The notes under the pieces are model-generated. The model ran no database searches and was not told the origin of the DNA. It was given only the letters and a program-made list of their open reading frames with translations. From assembly GCA_036745155.1 (NCBI GenBank), contig DAIOGR010000002.1, forward strand, positions 1-40,051: a stretch of DNA of 40,051 nt, written 5' to 3'. The position numbers and the translations under genes are program-made. Positions 8,936-17,355 of this stretch are shown here, one piece after another (position 1 is the first letter of the stretch; each line of letters begins with the position of its first letter). The stretch comes from Gaiella sp. (GTDB lineage: Bacteria; Actinomycetota; Thermoleophilia; Gaiellales; Gaiellaceae).

Positions 8936-10226
8936 CGGCGGTCATCATACGAGCAGGCCTGCGACGCCTCCGCAGAGCGAGGGCGACGGCGAATGCCGCC
9001 CCACCGGCAACCGTGACGCCGGCGACCGTCGGCAGCAGCGCTACGGAACGGTGCTCCGCGCCGATGCCGTCGCGATCGACCGGGGCCTCGGCAACCGTCA
9101 CGGCGAGCTCGCCGGGCACGTCGCGAGAGAGCGCTGCCGTCACGCTGCTGCCGGCGAGGGCATGCGCAACCCGGGGCGCAGCGCGGCGTTCACCGTCTAC
9201 AGCCTCGTGCCCGGCCGCAAGCGACGTCCGGTCGCGCGACGCTCTCGCCGTAGCCCGCACCATAGGCGGCGGCGAGCCGGTTACGACGGCCGGCCGAAAG
9301 GCGGGGCGGGAGCTCCCGACGCGAAGAGACCGTGTCGGTGGCACGGGTCCCGTTGCGACGGGTGCAGATGACGGAGTTCGCGCTGCCGTGGCCGAGGATC
9401 CACCGCTGAGGTGAGATGCGCTCGCCCCCGCAGGCACCGAGCTACGAGCCGCTGTGGCCAGAGGGGTGGGCACCCGGCGGGGCAGTACTGCACCAATCGG
9501 GCGAGCACGGGTGACGAGAGCGGTCGACCCCGCCGCGGCGGCAACGGTGGGGGTCGCGACGGGCGCGTCCCCTGCGTCCACGTGTGGCTCCGGCGTCACC
9601 GAGACTCCCTGCAGCAGCGGAGCGGCGGCCGCCGGAGCGGCTGCCGGCGCGGCGGCTTCCGGAAGAGCGGGTGCTGTGGGCTGCGGTATCTCGCCGGGCG
9701 GAGCGGTGACCGGTGCGGGCGTTGCTGACTGCGCGGCAACGGGCCCCGACGGTGGCGGCGGCTGGACTGCCCGCGTCGGCAACAACGTGGATGGATCGAC
9801 GTAGCCGTCGGCCGCCGGCGAGACGCGGATTCCGAGGTGCACGTAGGGCGTCGGCCACTCGAGGTCGCCGCTCGCTCCGGCCTGTCCGATCCGCTCGCCC
9901 TCGGCCACCGCGTCCCCCTTCGCGACTCCGATCTCGCCAAGGTGCGTGAGCGAGACCGCATACCCGTCGGCGGTCTGGATGGTGACGGTCTTGCCGTGCG
10001 TCGGCACGACGCCGGCGAACGAGACGGTTCCCGCAGCGGGAGCCAGGGCCGGCTCCCCCGACGTGCCGGAGACGTCGACACCGCGATGCTGTCCCGCAGC
10101 GTACGGATCGGGACCGACCGAGTACGGCCGCAACACAGGCCCTCCCAGAGGCCACGTCCACGCCGCAGCGGACGGAGCTGCGACGAGTGAGACAATGACG
10201 AACACCACGAGCGCGAGACGATGCAC
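8721..10226 (-). CDS. M23 family peptidoglycan endopeptidase with Pro/Ala-rich linker and C-terminal membrane anchor
   Basis: Signal peptide, HRGVD and YVHLG M23 motifs, long P/A/T linker, TM helix followed by RRRRR; GTG at 10226 after AGGAGG. Confidence 0.85.
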   Translation of the reverse strand: MHRLALVVFVIVSLVAAPSAAAWTWPLGGPVLRPYSVGPDPYAAGQHRGVDVSGTSGEPALAPAAGTVSFAGVVPTHGKTVTIQTADGYAVSLTHLGEIGVAKGDAVAEGERIGQAGASGDLEWPTPYVHLGIRVSPAADGYVDPSTLLPTRAVQPPPPSGPVAAQSATPAPVTAPPGEIPQPTAPALPEAAAPAAAPAAAAPLLQGVSVTPEPHVDAGDAPVATPTVAAAAGSTALVTRARPIGAVLPRRVPTPLATAARSSVPAGASASHLSGGSSATAARTPSSAPVATGPVPPTRSLRVGSSRPAFRPAVVTGSPPPMVRATARASRDRTSLAAGHEAVDGERRAAPRVAHALAGSSVTAALSRDVPGELAVTVAEAPVDRDGIGAEHRSVALLPTVAGVTVAGGAAFAVALALRRRRRPARMMTADVHAPEDPRSSGMAVCERPAPHRSCGGLRRPVRHLRPLSPVARERGAHGQRHRRARNADYGRSGSRRPLSA

Positions 10227-10295
10227 GGCGACCCCTCCTGGCTTGCGGTCTGACTGGATTGTTGTCGTCAGTTGTGACAACAGCCGACTGGCGGA

Positions 10296-10324
10296 AGGGT
10301 AGCGACCCGGTCGGACGTTGTCAA
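10296..10324 (-). promoter_or_regulatory. Sigma70-type promoter of the M23 peptidase gene
   Basis: Minus strand TTGACA - 17 nt - TACCCT. Confidence 0.7.
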
Positions 10325-10330
10325 ATCTGG

Positions 10331-11155
10331 CTACAGAGAGGAGCGGTAGAGCGCGTTGCGCGGCGAGCCCGTGAGGCGTGCGACGACATCGACGGCGACG
10401 CGCCTCGGCGTCCCCGCGGCCACGAGATCCGCGACGGCAGCGGCGGGCGCGTCGGCACCCTGACCCGGGCGTCCGTCGGTGGCGGGCCCGAGCACGAGCG
10501 TGACCTCTCCCTTGGGGGCGTCGCGGAATCGCTCGGCCAGCTCGGCCGCCGTGCCGTGCAGCACTTCCTCGAATGCCTTCGTCAGCTCACGGCACACGAC
10601 GACGGCCCGACCGGGGTCGACGGCCGCCAGGCTGGCGAGCGACGCGCCGAGCCTCCGCGGCGACTCGAAGGCGACCACGGGGTGTGCCCATGTCGCGAGC
10701 TCGTTCCAGAGTGCGCCGAGCTCCGTGGCGCGGCGCGGCAGGTACCCGACGAACCGGTACTGATCACCCGCAAGCCCGCTCGCCACGAGCGCCGTCTCCA
10801 CGGCGGACGGCCCCGGCAGCACCGTCACCGGCACCCCCGCGGCGACCGCCGCGACGACGATCCGCGTGCCCGGGTCGTTGATGCCAGGCAGGCCCGCGTC
10901 GGAGACGAGAGCCATGCGCTCCCCGGCCGCGAGTCGAGGCAACAGCTCGGCCACCCGCGCTGCCTCGTTGTGCTGGCGGTAGGAGACGACTCGCGCGTCG
11001 ATGCCGTGGCGGCCGAGCAGGATGCGCGTCCGGCGCGTGTCCTCGCACAGCACGACATCGGCCGCGGCAAGCTCGGCCAGCACGCGCAATGTCACGTCTT
11101 CGAGGTTCCCGATCGGAGTGGCGCAGACGGCGAGCGGCATCGGGGGCCGGGTCAC
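10331..11155 (-). CDS. rsmI: 16S rRNA C1402 2'-O-methyltransferase
   Basis: ATPIGNLEDVTLR, CEDTR, VSDAGLPGINDPG, FESPRR, RELTKAFEE; alternative start ATG 11140. Confidence 0.95.
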   Translation of the reverse strand: MTRPPMPLAVCATPIGNLEDVTLRVLAELAAADVVLCEDTRRTRILLGRHGIDARVVSYRQHNEAARVAELLPRLAAGERMALVSDAGLPGINDPGTRIVVAAVAAGVPVTVLPGPSAVETALVASGLAGDQYRFVGYLPRRATELGALWNELATWAHPVVAFESPRRLGASLASLAAVDPGRAVVVCRELTKAFEEVLHGTAAELAERFRDAPKGEVTLVLGPATDGRPGQGADAPAAAVADLVAAGTPRRVAVDVVARLTGSPRNALYRSSL

Positions 11156-12057
11156 CTCGTCCCGTCGAGCGCCTCGAACCCGACCAGGGCGGCTCCGATC
11201 AGGCCGGCCTCGTCGCCCAGCTCGGCCTCGACCAGGCGCAGCTGCTCGTCCGCGGGCTGAATCGCCTCGCGGCGAGCGGCCGCCAGCGCCGGGCCGAGCA
11301 CGAGCTCCCCGGCAGCCGCACCGAACCCGCCGCCGACGACGACGACGTCGGGGTCGAAGACGTTTGCGAGCGAGCCGATCGCGAGCCCGAGGAGATGCCC
11401 GATCCGCGCCAGCGCGGCGATCGCCCGCTCGTCACCTCCCTGGGCGCGGTCGACCAGCACCGGTGCATCGGCGCCCGGCCCGTAGAGCTCGGAGGCAGCC
11501 CTGTCCGCTGCCAGGCCGGACGCAACCGCCTCCAGATGCCCACGCCCGTGACAGCTTCCCTGGCAGGGCGGGCCGTCCGCGACGACAACCACGTGACCGA
11601 GCTCCGCCCAGCCACGGTAGAGCCGGTTGTCGAGCACGATCCCCCCACCCACGCCCGTTCCGAGGGTCAGCATTACGAGATCGGTCGTGCCGCGGCCCGC
11701 CCCCAGGCGCCATTCCGCCAGTGCGGCCGCGTTCGCGTCGTTCTCGACCCCTGCGGGGAGATCGAAGCGCTCGCGCGCACGATTCGGGAAGTGAACGTGC
11801 AGCAACGGCAGGTTGGTGGCGCGCAGAGCCACGCCGGTGCGACGGTCGATGTTGAGCGGCACGCCGTAGCCGATCGCCGCCGCTCCGTCGGCGAGCAGGT
11901 CCTCGACGACCCGGTCGACAGCCGCGAGAACCTCGTCCTGGGGGCCGTCCGGCGTCGGTATCTCGATCGTGCGGCCAATCGTGCCGTCCCGGCCGACCAC
12001 GCCGGCCAGGATCTTCGTCCCGCCGAGGTCCACCCCGATGACTCGATCTTCGTGCAC
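11152..12057 (-). CDS. ROK family sugar kinase (glucokinase-like)
   Basis: IGVDLGGTK, ENDANAAALAE, TLGTGVGGG, ELGH..C..C..GHLE; GTG start at 12057. Confidence 0.92.
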   Translation of the reverse strand: MHEDRVIGVDLGGTKILAGVVGRDGTIGRTIEIPTPDGPQDEVLAAVDRVVEDLLADGAAAIGYGVPLNIDRRTGVALRATNLPLLHVHFPNRARERFDLPAGVENDANAAALAEWRLGAGRGTTDLVMLTLGTGVGGGIVLDNRLYRGWAELGHVVVVADGPPCQGSCHGRGHLEAVASGLAADRAASELYGPGADAPVLVDRAQGGDERAIAALARIGHLLGLAIGSLANVFDPDVVVVGGGFGAAAGELVLGPALAAARREAIQPADEQLRLVEAELGDEAGLIGAALVGFEALDGTR

Positions 12058-12081
12058 GCCGCGGCTACGATATCCGCCCGC

Positions 12082-13239
12082 ATGCCCGAACAAGAGAAGC
12101 CCTACCGCGTCTACAAGGGCGGGCGGGCCAAGGGCAGGGTCCCTCTGCAGCGCCAGACCTCGCCGACGCAGGCCAGAACCGACGGCGACGGACCGGCCCG
12201 CGCACCACGCGAGCGCCACTGGGGCCGGCGGATCACGCTGGCCCTCGTGCTGCTGCTGCTCCTCGCGATCGCCTGGCTCGTGGCCAGCTATCTCTCGTTC
12301 GCTGGGGGGATCTCCGCCGCGAACGACCGGGTGCCCACGTCGGTTCAGGCACAGCTGACCGCCCAGGACGGGATGCTCACCTCGACGCCGACGACCATTC
12401 TCGTGCTCGGCACGGACGGGGGCAGCGCCAGCGGCCGACAGGGAGCGAACCGTTCCGACTCGATCATGCTCATGCGCACCGATCCGCGAACGCACAGGAT
12501 CGCCTACCTCTCGATCCCCCGCGACCTCCGCGTGGAGATCCCCGGCTACGGCACGGCGAAGATCAATGCCGCGTTCCAATCCGGGGGCCCGACGCTGACG
12601 CTGCAGACCGTGAAAGCGCTCACCGGCATCGACATCAACCACGTCGCTTTCGTCGACTTCGACCGGTTCAAGGAGCTGATCGACGCGGTCGGTGGCGTGG
12701 ATGTGACGGTTCCCCGCTCGATCCTGTCCAACCGCTTCGACTGCCCCTACGCCACCGACGCACGCTGCCGGGCATGGGACGGCTGGCGCTTCGAGCGCGG
12801 GCGTCAGCACCTGGATGGCCACCGTGCCCTGATCTATGCGCGGATCCGCGAGAACCGGCTGGATCCGTCCGAGACCGACCTCGATCGCGCACGTCGCCAG
12901 CAGCAGGTGATCCAGGCCACAGCTGACAAGCTCACATCGGTGCGCAGCGCAGCGAAGCTGCCGTTCATCGGCGACGACGTCGTCAAGCCGCTCGCGACCG
13001 ATCTCGGGGCCGGGCAAGTGCTCCAGCTCGGCTGGGCGTACTTTCGCGCGGACTCGCAGAAGGCGCTCCACTGCCGTCTCGGCGGCGAGCCGGGGAGGGC
13101 CGACGGCCAGTCCGTCATCTTCGGCTCCGAGGACAATGTCGCCACGGTGGCGATGTTCCTCGGGCGCTCTGCTCCGCTACGGCCGCCCAAAGGCCTACCG
13201 TATGCGCCGGGGTGCGTCGTCGGCGACCGTGAGCTGTGA
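12082..13239 (+). CDS. LytR-CpsA-Psr (LCP) family protein
   Basis: N-terminal TM helix, ILVLGTD, RSDSIML, SIPRD, KINAA, R.RRQQ motifs; ATG at 12082. Confidence 0.92.
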   Translation: MPEQEKPYRVYKGGRAKGRVPLQRQTSPTQARTDGDGPARAPRERHWGRRITLALVLLLLLAIAWLVASYLSFAGGISAANDRVPTSVQAQLTAQDGMLTSTPTTILVLGTDGGSASGRQGANRSDSIMLMRTDPRTHRIAYLSIPRDLRVEIPGYGTAKINAAFQSGGPTLTLQTVKALTGIDINHVAFVDFDRFKELIDAVGGVDVTVPRSILSNRFDCPYATDARCRAWDGWRFERGRQHLDGHRALIYARIRENRLDPSETDLDRARRQQQVIQATADKLTSVRSAAKLPFIGDDVVKPLATDLGAGQVLQLGWAYFRADSQKALHCRLGGEPGRADGQSVIFGSEDNVATVAMFLGRSAPLRPPKGLPYAPGCVVGDREL

Positions 13240-13258
13240 GAGCTCGTCCGTCGCCCGG

Positions 13259-13546
13259 TCAGTCGGCCGCCGGGGCCTTCTTGTCCGTGGGCCCCGTGTC
13301 CTTCTTCGCCGGCTCCTTCTTGTCGTCCGAGCCGCCGCCCTCCCCGTCCTTGACCGACTTGCGCGAGCCACGGCCGTAGTCGGTCGAGTAGAAGCCCGAC
13401 CCCTTGAAATGCACCGCCACCGGAAAGAGCACCTTCTCGACGGGGCCTTTGCCGCACGTCTCGCACGACTTCACCGGCGGGTCGCTCATCCGCTGGAACA
13501 CCTCGAAGGTGTGCCCGTTCGGACAACGGTACTCGTAGATCGGCAT
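13259..13546 (-). CDS. FmdB family zinc-ribbon protein
   Basis: MPIYEYRC..GH.FE, CETC, FKGSGFYSTDY. Confidence 0.92.
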   Translation of the reverse strand: MPIYEYRCPNGHTFEVFQRMSDPPVKSCETCGKGPVEKVLFPVAVHFKGSGFYSTDYGRGSRKSVKDGEGGGSDDKKEPAKKDTGPTDKKAPAAD

Positions 13547-13586
13547 CGAGGCGCCAATCTACCAGCGAAGATATGGCCGAATCGAG

Positions 13587-15227
13587 ATGACACAGCGCGC
13601 TGAAGCACCACCGCTCGGACGGGCCGAGAGCCTCTCGACGAGAGCGTTGCTCTTGCCGTACGGGCTCTGGATCGGCGTGACCGCGACCGCGGCCGTGGCC
13701 GCCGCGTTCCTCCTGCACCAGCTGATGGCGTGGCCGCCGCACGAGGACGAGACGCTGGCGCTCTTCGTCGGGCGCGACTCGCTCGGGGGCGTCGTCGACC
13801 ACGTCACGCGTGAGCGCGGTGGTGCACCGCTTCATTTCCTTCTCGCGTGGGGGGTCGCCCACCTCGGCTTCGGGCTCGGGGGACTCCGCATCCTCTCCGC
13901 CGTGTTCGCCGTGGCGAGCCTGCCACTCGTCGCGCTCCTGGCCGTGCGCCTGGCCGGGCGGCGGGCGGCGCTCGCGGCCACGGTGCTGCTCGCCGGCAGC
14001 TGGGTGTTCCTCTTCCACGGCGTCTACGGCCGCATGTACAGCGTCTTCCTGTTCCTCTCGCTGGCCTCGTTCCTGGCACTGCTTCGCGCCCTGGAGCGCG
14101 GTGGCCGGACCTGGCTGCCATGGGGCGCAGCAATCCTGCTGTGCGTCGCCGCCCATCCCTACGGTGCGCTCGTGCTCGCCTCGCAGGCGCTGTACGTCCT
14201 GCTCGCCCGACGCGACCGGCTTCGCGGCAGCGCCGCGGCCTTCGGCTCGGTGCTCCTGCTCGGGATTCCCTTCTGGCTCACCGACCTCGTACTGGCAGGC
14301 CGGTTCGACGTCGGCGTCGGTGGCGGCGGCCAGAAGCTCGGCGGGCCATGGGCGATCGCCACGTATCTCTGGCGCACGGCAGGCGATTTCAGCGCCGGCT
14401 GGTGGCCCGTGCTCGTCGTCGTGCTGTTGCTGGCCGCCGTCGGGCTGGCAGCGGTCGACCGCAACGCCCGCGTGCTGTGCCTGTCGGTCGTCGCCCTGCC
14501 GGCGGCGGCCTTCCTCGCCGCGCGGCTCGGCGGCTCGACCTCGCCCGAGTCGCGCCACCTCATCTTCGCGGCTCCCTTCCTGGCGACACTGGCCGGGGCG
14601 GGCATCGTGCGCACGACCCGCCGTGTGCCACCGCTCGCCGCCCTCGCCGTGGCAGGTTTGCTGGTGGCGGAGATCGGCTGGGCGTGGCATCGCACCGCTC
14701 CCCTGTTCGAATGGGAGCCCGGCAAGCGACAGGCTACGCGCGCCGAGGCGGAGGCGTACCTCGCCGCGACCAGCCGGCCCGACGACCTGCTGTTCGGCTA
14801 CGAGCCCCTCTACCTGGGTGCCTGGGAGCGAAACGCCGGGTTCTCCCGCATCGTGCTGCCGCGTGCAGATGCCCGGCTCGCGCTACGAACGCTGCAGCGG
14901 CAGAAGCAGCCGCTCGGACGGGGCGTCTGGGTCCTCGACGCAAGCCGACGGAACAACCCGCGGCCACGACTCGAGATCGGAGCGGCCGCCCCGACCCCCG
15001 CCGACGCCTTCGTGACCCGGTCGTTCGGGCCGTTCCTCGTCATCCGCACGAAAGAGCCGGTGGGCACGGCCGAGCGTTATCTGGTGCTCGCCGGACGTGC
15101 CATCCTGCTCGGCCGCTCGCTCGGGATCGGTGACGCCGACGTGAACCTGCAGACGGTGGAGCGCGCCGCCAGGGAACTGCGCGGCTACGGCCCGTCGCTG
15201 CGCTCGCGCTCGAGCGATTCCCGGTAG
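13587..15227 (+). CDS. Membrane glycosyltransferase, GT-C fold (ArnT/PMT-like)
   Basis: About 11 hydrophobic segments; first-loop DE motif (HEDE), PLHFLL, R..S, RMYS typical of GT39/83-like proteins. Confidence 0.7.
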   Translation: MTQRAEAPPLGRAESLSTRALLLPYGLWIGVTATAAVAAAFLLHQLMAWPPHEDETLALFVGRDSLGGVVDHVTRERGGAPLHFLLAWGVAHLGFGLGGLRILSAVFAVASLPLVALLAVRLAGRRAALAATVLLAGSWVFLFHGVYGRMYSVFLFLSLASFLALLRALERGGRTWLPWGAAILLCVAAHPYGALVLASQALYVLLARRDRLRGSAAAFGSVLLLGIPFWLTDLVLAGRFDVGVGGGGQKLGGPWAIATYLWRTAGDFSAGWWPVLVVVLLLAAVGLAAVDRNARVLCLSVVALPAAAFLAARLGGSTSPESRHLIFAAPFLATLAGAGIVRTTRRVPPLAALAVAGLLVAEIGWAWHRTAPLFEWEPGKRQATRAEAEAYLAATSRPDDLLFGYEPLYLGAWERNAGFSRIVLPRADARLALRTLQRQKQPLGRGVWVLDASRRNNPRPRLEIGAAAPTPADAFVTRSFGPFLVIRTKEPVGTAERYLVLAGRAILLGRSLGIGDADVNLQTVERAARELRGYGPSLRSRSSDSR

Positions 15228-15382
15228 CAGGGGGCGCTCTCGAATGCTGCCAGCCCGGTCGCTGCCTGGCGGCGCCGACGAGGGGGACGCCGGCGGCGCG
15301 CGGCGGCGACAGCCGCGGAGGCGCCGAGCACACCGCCGATCACGTACGAGCGGAGTCTCCTCGGCTGCTTCGCCTCGTCCAT
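15185..15382 (-). CDS. Small hypothetical membrane-anchored protein
   Basis: 65 aa with one hydrophobic segment plus an Arg cluster; TAGGAT -10 box 6 nt before the ATG; fills the gap between genes. Confidence 0.55.
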   Translation of the reverse strand: MDEAKQPRRLRSYVIGGVLGASAAVAAARRRRPPRRRRQAATGLAAFESAPCYRESLERERSDGP

Positions 15383-15398
15383 GCGAGGATCCTAGGCG

Positions 15399-16208
15399 AT
15401 GATCGCAGTCTGTTTCGGCGACCTCGTGCTCGACGTGATCGTGCGGCTCCGTCAGCCGCTCGCGCCGGGTGCGGACGCCACCTCGCGGATCGTGCTTCGG
15501 CCCGGCGGCCAGGCGGCGAACGTCGCAGCCTGGATCGCCGAGCTCGGTGGGCGGGCCAGGTTCGTCGGCAAGCGCGGGGACGACGACGCCGGCCGGCTCG
15601 CAGCGAGCCGACTCGCGGCGTCCGGGGTCGAGCTCCTGGGCCCGGTCGAGCCTGACGGCAACGGGGTGATCGTCTCACTCGTCACTGCAGACGGTGACCG
15701 TTCGATGTGCTCGGATCGCGGCGTTGCGACCGCCTTCCGGCCAGACGAGCTCGATCCTGCGTGGCTTTCCGGCTGCAGCCACCTCCACGTCTCCGGCTAC
15801 GCGCTCTTACGCGAGCCGGTGCGTTTCGCCGCCGTCCGGGCGGTGGAGCTCGCGCGGGCAGAGGGAGCCCGCGTGAGCATCGACCTGTCGTCCTGGAGCG
15901 CGATCCGCGACTTCGGGCCGCCCGCGTTCCGTGCAGTCCTCGCAGGGCTTGCTCCCGACACCGTGTTCGCGAACGAGGACGAGGACGCGATCGTGGGCGG
16001 GCCGATCGCCGGCGCCACGTGGATCCTCAAGCGGGGCCCTGCCGGCTGCTCGTTCGACGGCGACGAGCGGGCGGCTGTCCCCGTGACGGAGGTGGTCGAC
16101 TCCACCGGGGCCGGCGACGCGCTCGCCGCGGGCTGGATCGTGGGCGGCCCGACCCTGGCCCTCGAGGCCGCGGCCCGGTGCGTTCGGCGCGCCGGATCGA
16201 TGCCGTGA
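15399..16208 (+). CDS. PfkB family carbohydrate kinase (candidate pseudouridine kinase)
   Basis: GGQAANVA, ANEDE, DSTGAGD PfkB signatures; adjacent to psuG. Confidence 0.9.
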   Translation: MIAVCFGDLVLDVIVRLRQPLAPGADATSRIVLRPGGQAANVAAWIAELGGRARFVGKRGDDDAGRLAASRLAASGVELLGPVEPDGNGVIVSLVTADGDRSMCSDRGVATAFRPDELDPAWLSGCSHLHVSGYALLREPVRFAAVRAVELARAEGARVSIDLSSWSAIRDFGPPAFRAVLAGLAPDTVFANEDEDAIVGGPIAGATWILKRGPAGCSFDGDERAAVPVTEVVDSTGAGDALAAGWIVGGPTLALEAAARCVRRAGSMP

Positions 16209-16236
16209 GCAGCGCTTTCCTGCGGGGACGGTCGTC

Positions 16237-16347
16237 ACACGGTGAGGCCGGCAGCGCTCCTCGCTGCTTGCCGAAGGGTTCGACCTCGTCGTAACACTCT
16301 CGGCGCAGACTCGGCTCGAACCCGTCACCATCTGAGCGCTACCGTGT
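16237..16347. other. Structured non-coding element (nested inverted repeats)
   Basis: Three nested complementary pairs: ACACGGT/ACCGTGT, AGCGCTC/GAGCGCT, GGGTTCGA/TCGAACCC; family not recognised. Confidence 0.45.
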
Positions 16348-16452
16348 CTTCAGGGCACCGGGGGTGCCCCTGGGGGAGGTTGGGGCTCGCCCGGGCGGGC
16401 TGAGCACACGCGGAGACAGCTCGCGAGGTGAGGGCTGCGCTAGGCTCGACGC

Positions 16453-17355
16453 GTGCTCGACCTGATCCACGTCGGCGAGGAGGTAGCCGCTGCGCTCGAG
16501 GACGAGCAGGCTGTTGTCGCGCTCGAGACGACGCTCGTCGCACACGGCTTCCCGGCGCCGGACGGAGTCGAGGTCGGCCTTGCGAGCGAGGCCGCCGTAC
16601 GCGCTGCAGGCGCGGTACCCGCCACGATCGGCGTCCTCGACGGCACCATCCACGTCGGGCTCCCGGCGGCCGCCCTGGAGCGGTTCACGCCGGGTGCGCG
16701 CAAGCTCGGCCCGCGCGACCTCGCCGCCTGCGCAGTCCAGCAGGCGGTCGGTGCGACGACGGTCGGCGGGACGCTCGCGGCGGCCGCCGCCGTCGGCATC
16801 CGCTTCATGGGCACGGGTGGGCTCGGCGGCGTCCACCGCGGCTTCCCCACCCCGCCTGACGTCTCGGCCGACCTCGGTGCCGCCGCCCGCATACCCGCGG
16901 TGATCGCCTCCTCCGGCGTGAAGTCGCTGCTCGACGTGCCCGCCACGATGGAGTTGCTCGAGACGCTCGGCGTGCCGGTGCTCGGCTTCCGCACGGACAC
17001 GATGCCGCTCTTCTACGCGGCCGAGGGCGGCCCGCCCGTGTCCGCCCGCGTGGAGAGCGTGGAAGAGATCGCGCGCATCGCCGACGCGCACTGGCAGCTC
17101 GGCGGCAACTCCCTGCTCGTCGGGCGCCCCCCGTCCGAGAGCATCGAGGTCGAGACGCTGATCGCGGCGGCCGTGGCTGCCGCCACGGAGGCCGGGATCA
17201 GCGGCCAGGGCGTCACGCCGTTCGTGCTGTCGTACCTGCACGAGCACTCGGACGGCGAGACGCGCCGCGTCAACCGCGACCTGATCGTCGCCAACGCAGG
17301 CCTCGCGGCGGAGATCGCAGTCGCCCACGCCGCGTTGTGGCAGGAGCTGCTTTGA
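16453..17355 (+). CDS. psuG: Pseudouridine-5'-phosphate glycosidase
   Basis: VVALETTLVAHG.P, GATTV, TGGLGGVHRG, DVSADL, GVKSLLD, VTPFVL motifs. Confidence 0.93.
   Translation: MLDLIHVGEEVAAALEDEQAVVALETTLVAHGFPAPDGVEVGLASEAAVRAAGAVPATIGVLDGTIHVGLPAAALERFTPGARKLGPRDLAACAVQQAVGATTVGGTLAAAAAVGIRFMGTGGLGGVHRGFPTPPDVSADLGAAARIPAVIASSGVKSLLDVPATMELLETLGVPVLGFRTDTMPLFYAAEGGPPVSARVESVEEIARIADAHWQLGGNSLLVGRPPSESIEVETLIAAAVAAATEAGISGQGVTPFVLSYLHEHSDGETRRVNRDLIVANAGLAAEIAVAHAALWQELL

Noticed and set aside
9000..9050. LPXTG sortase signal in the M23 protein
   Set aside because: The sequence is LPTVAG, not LPxTG, and no sortase gene is in the window; treated as a plain TM anchor
16262..16305. Glycine riboswitch, SRP or RNase P identity for the pfkB-psuG spacer (GCCGAAGG..ACTCTC; AAGCAGC)
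   Set aside because: Only short fragments match; the GGAGA/CTCTCAGG, SRP helix-8 and RNase P P4 consensus elements are missing
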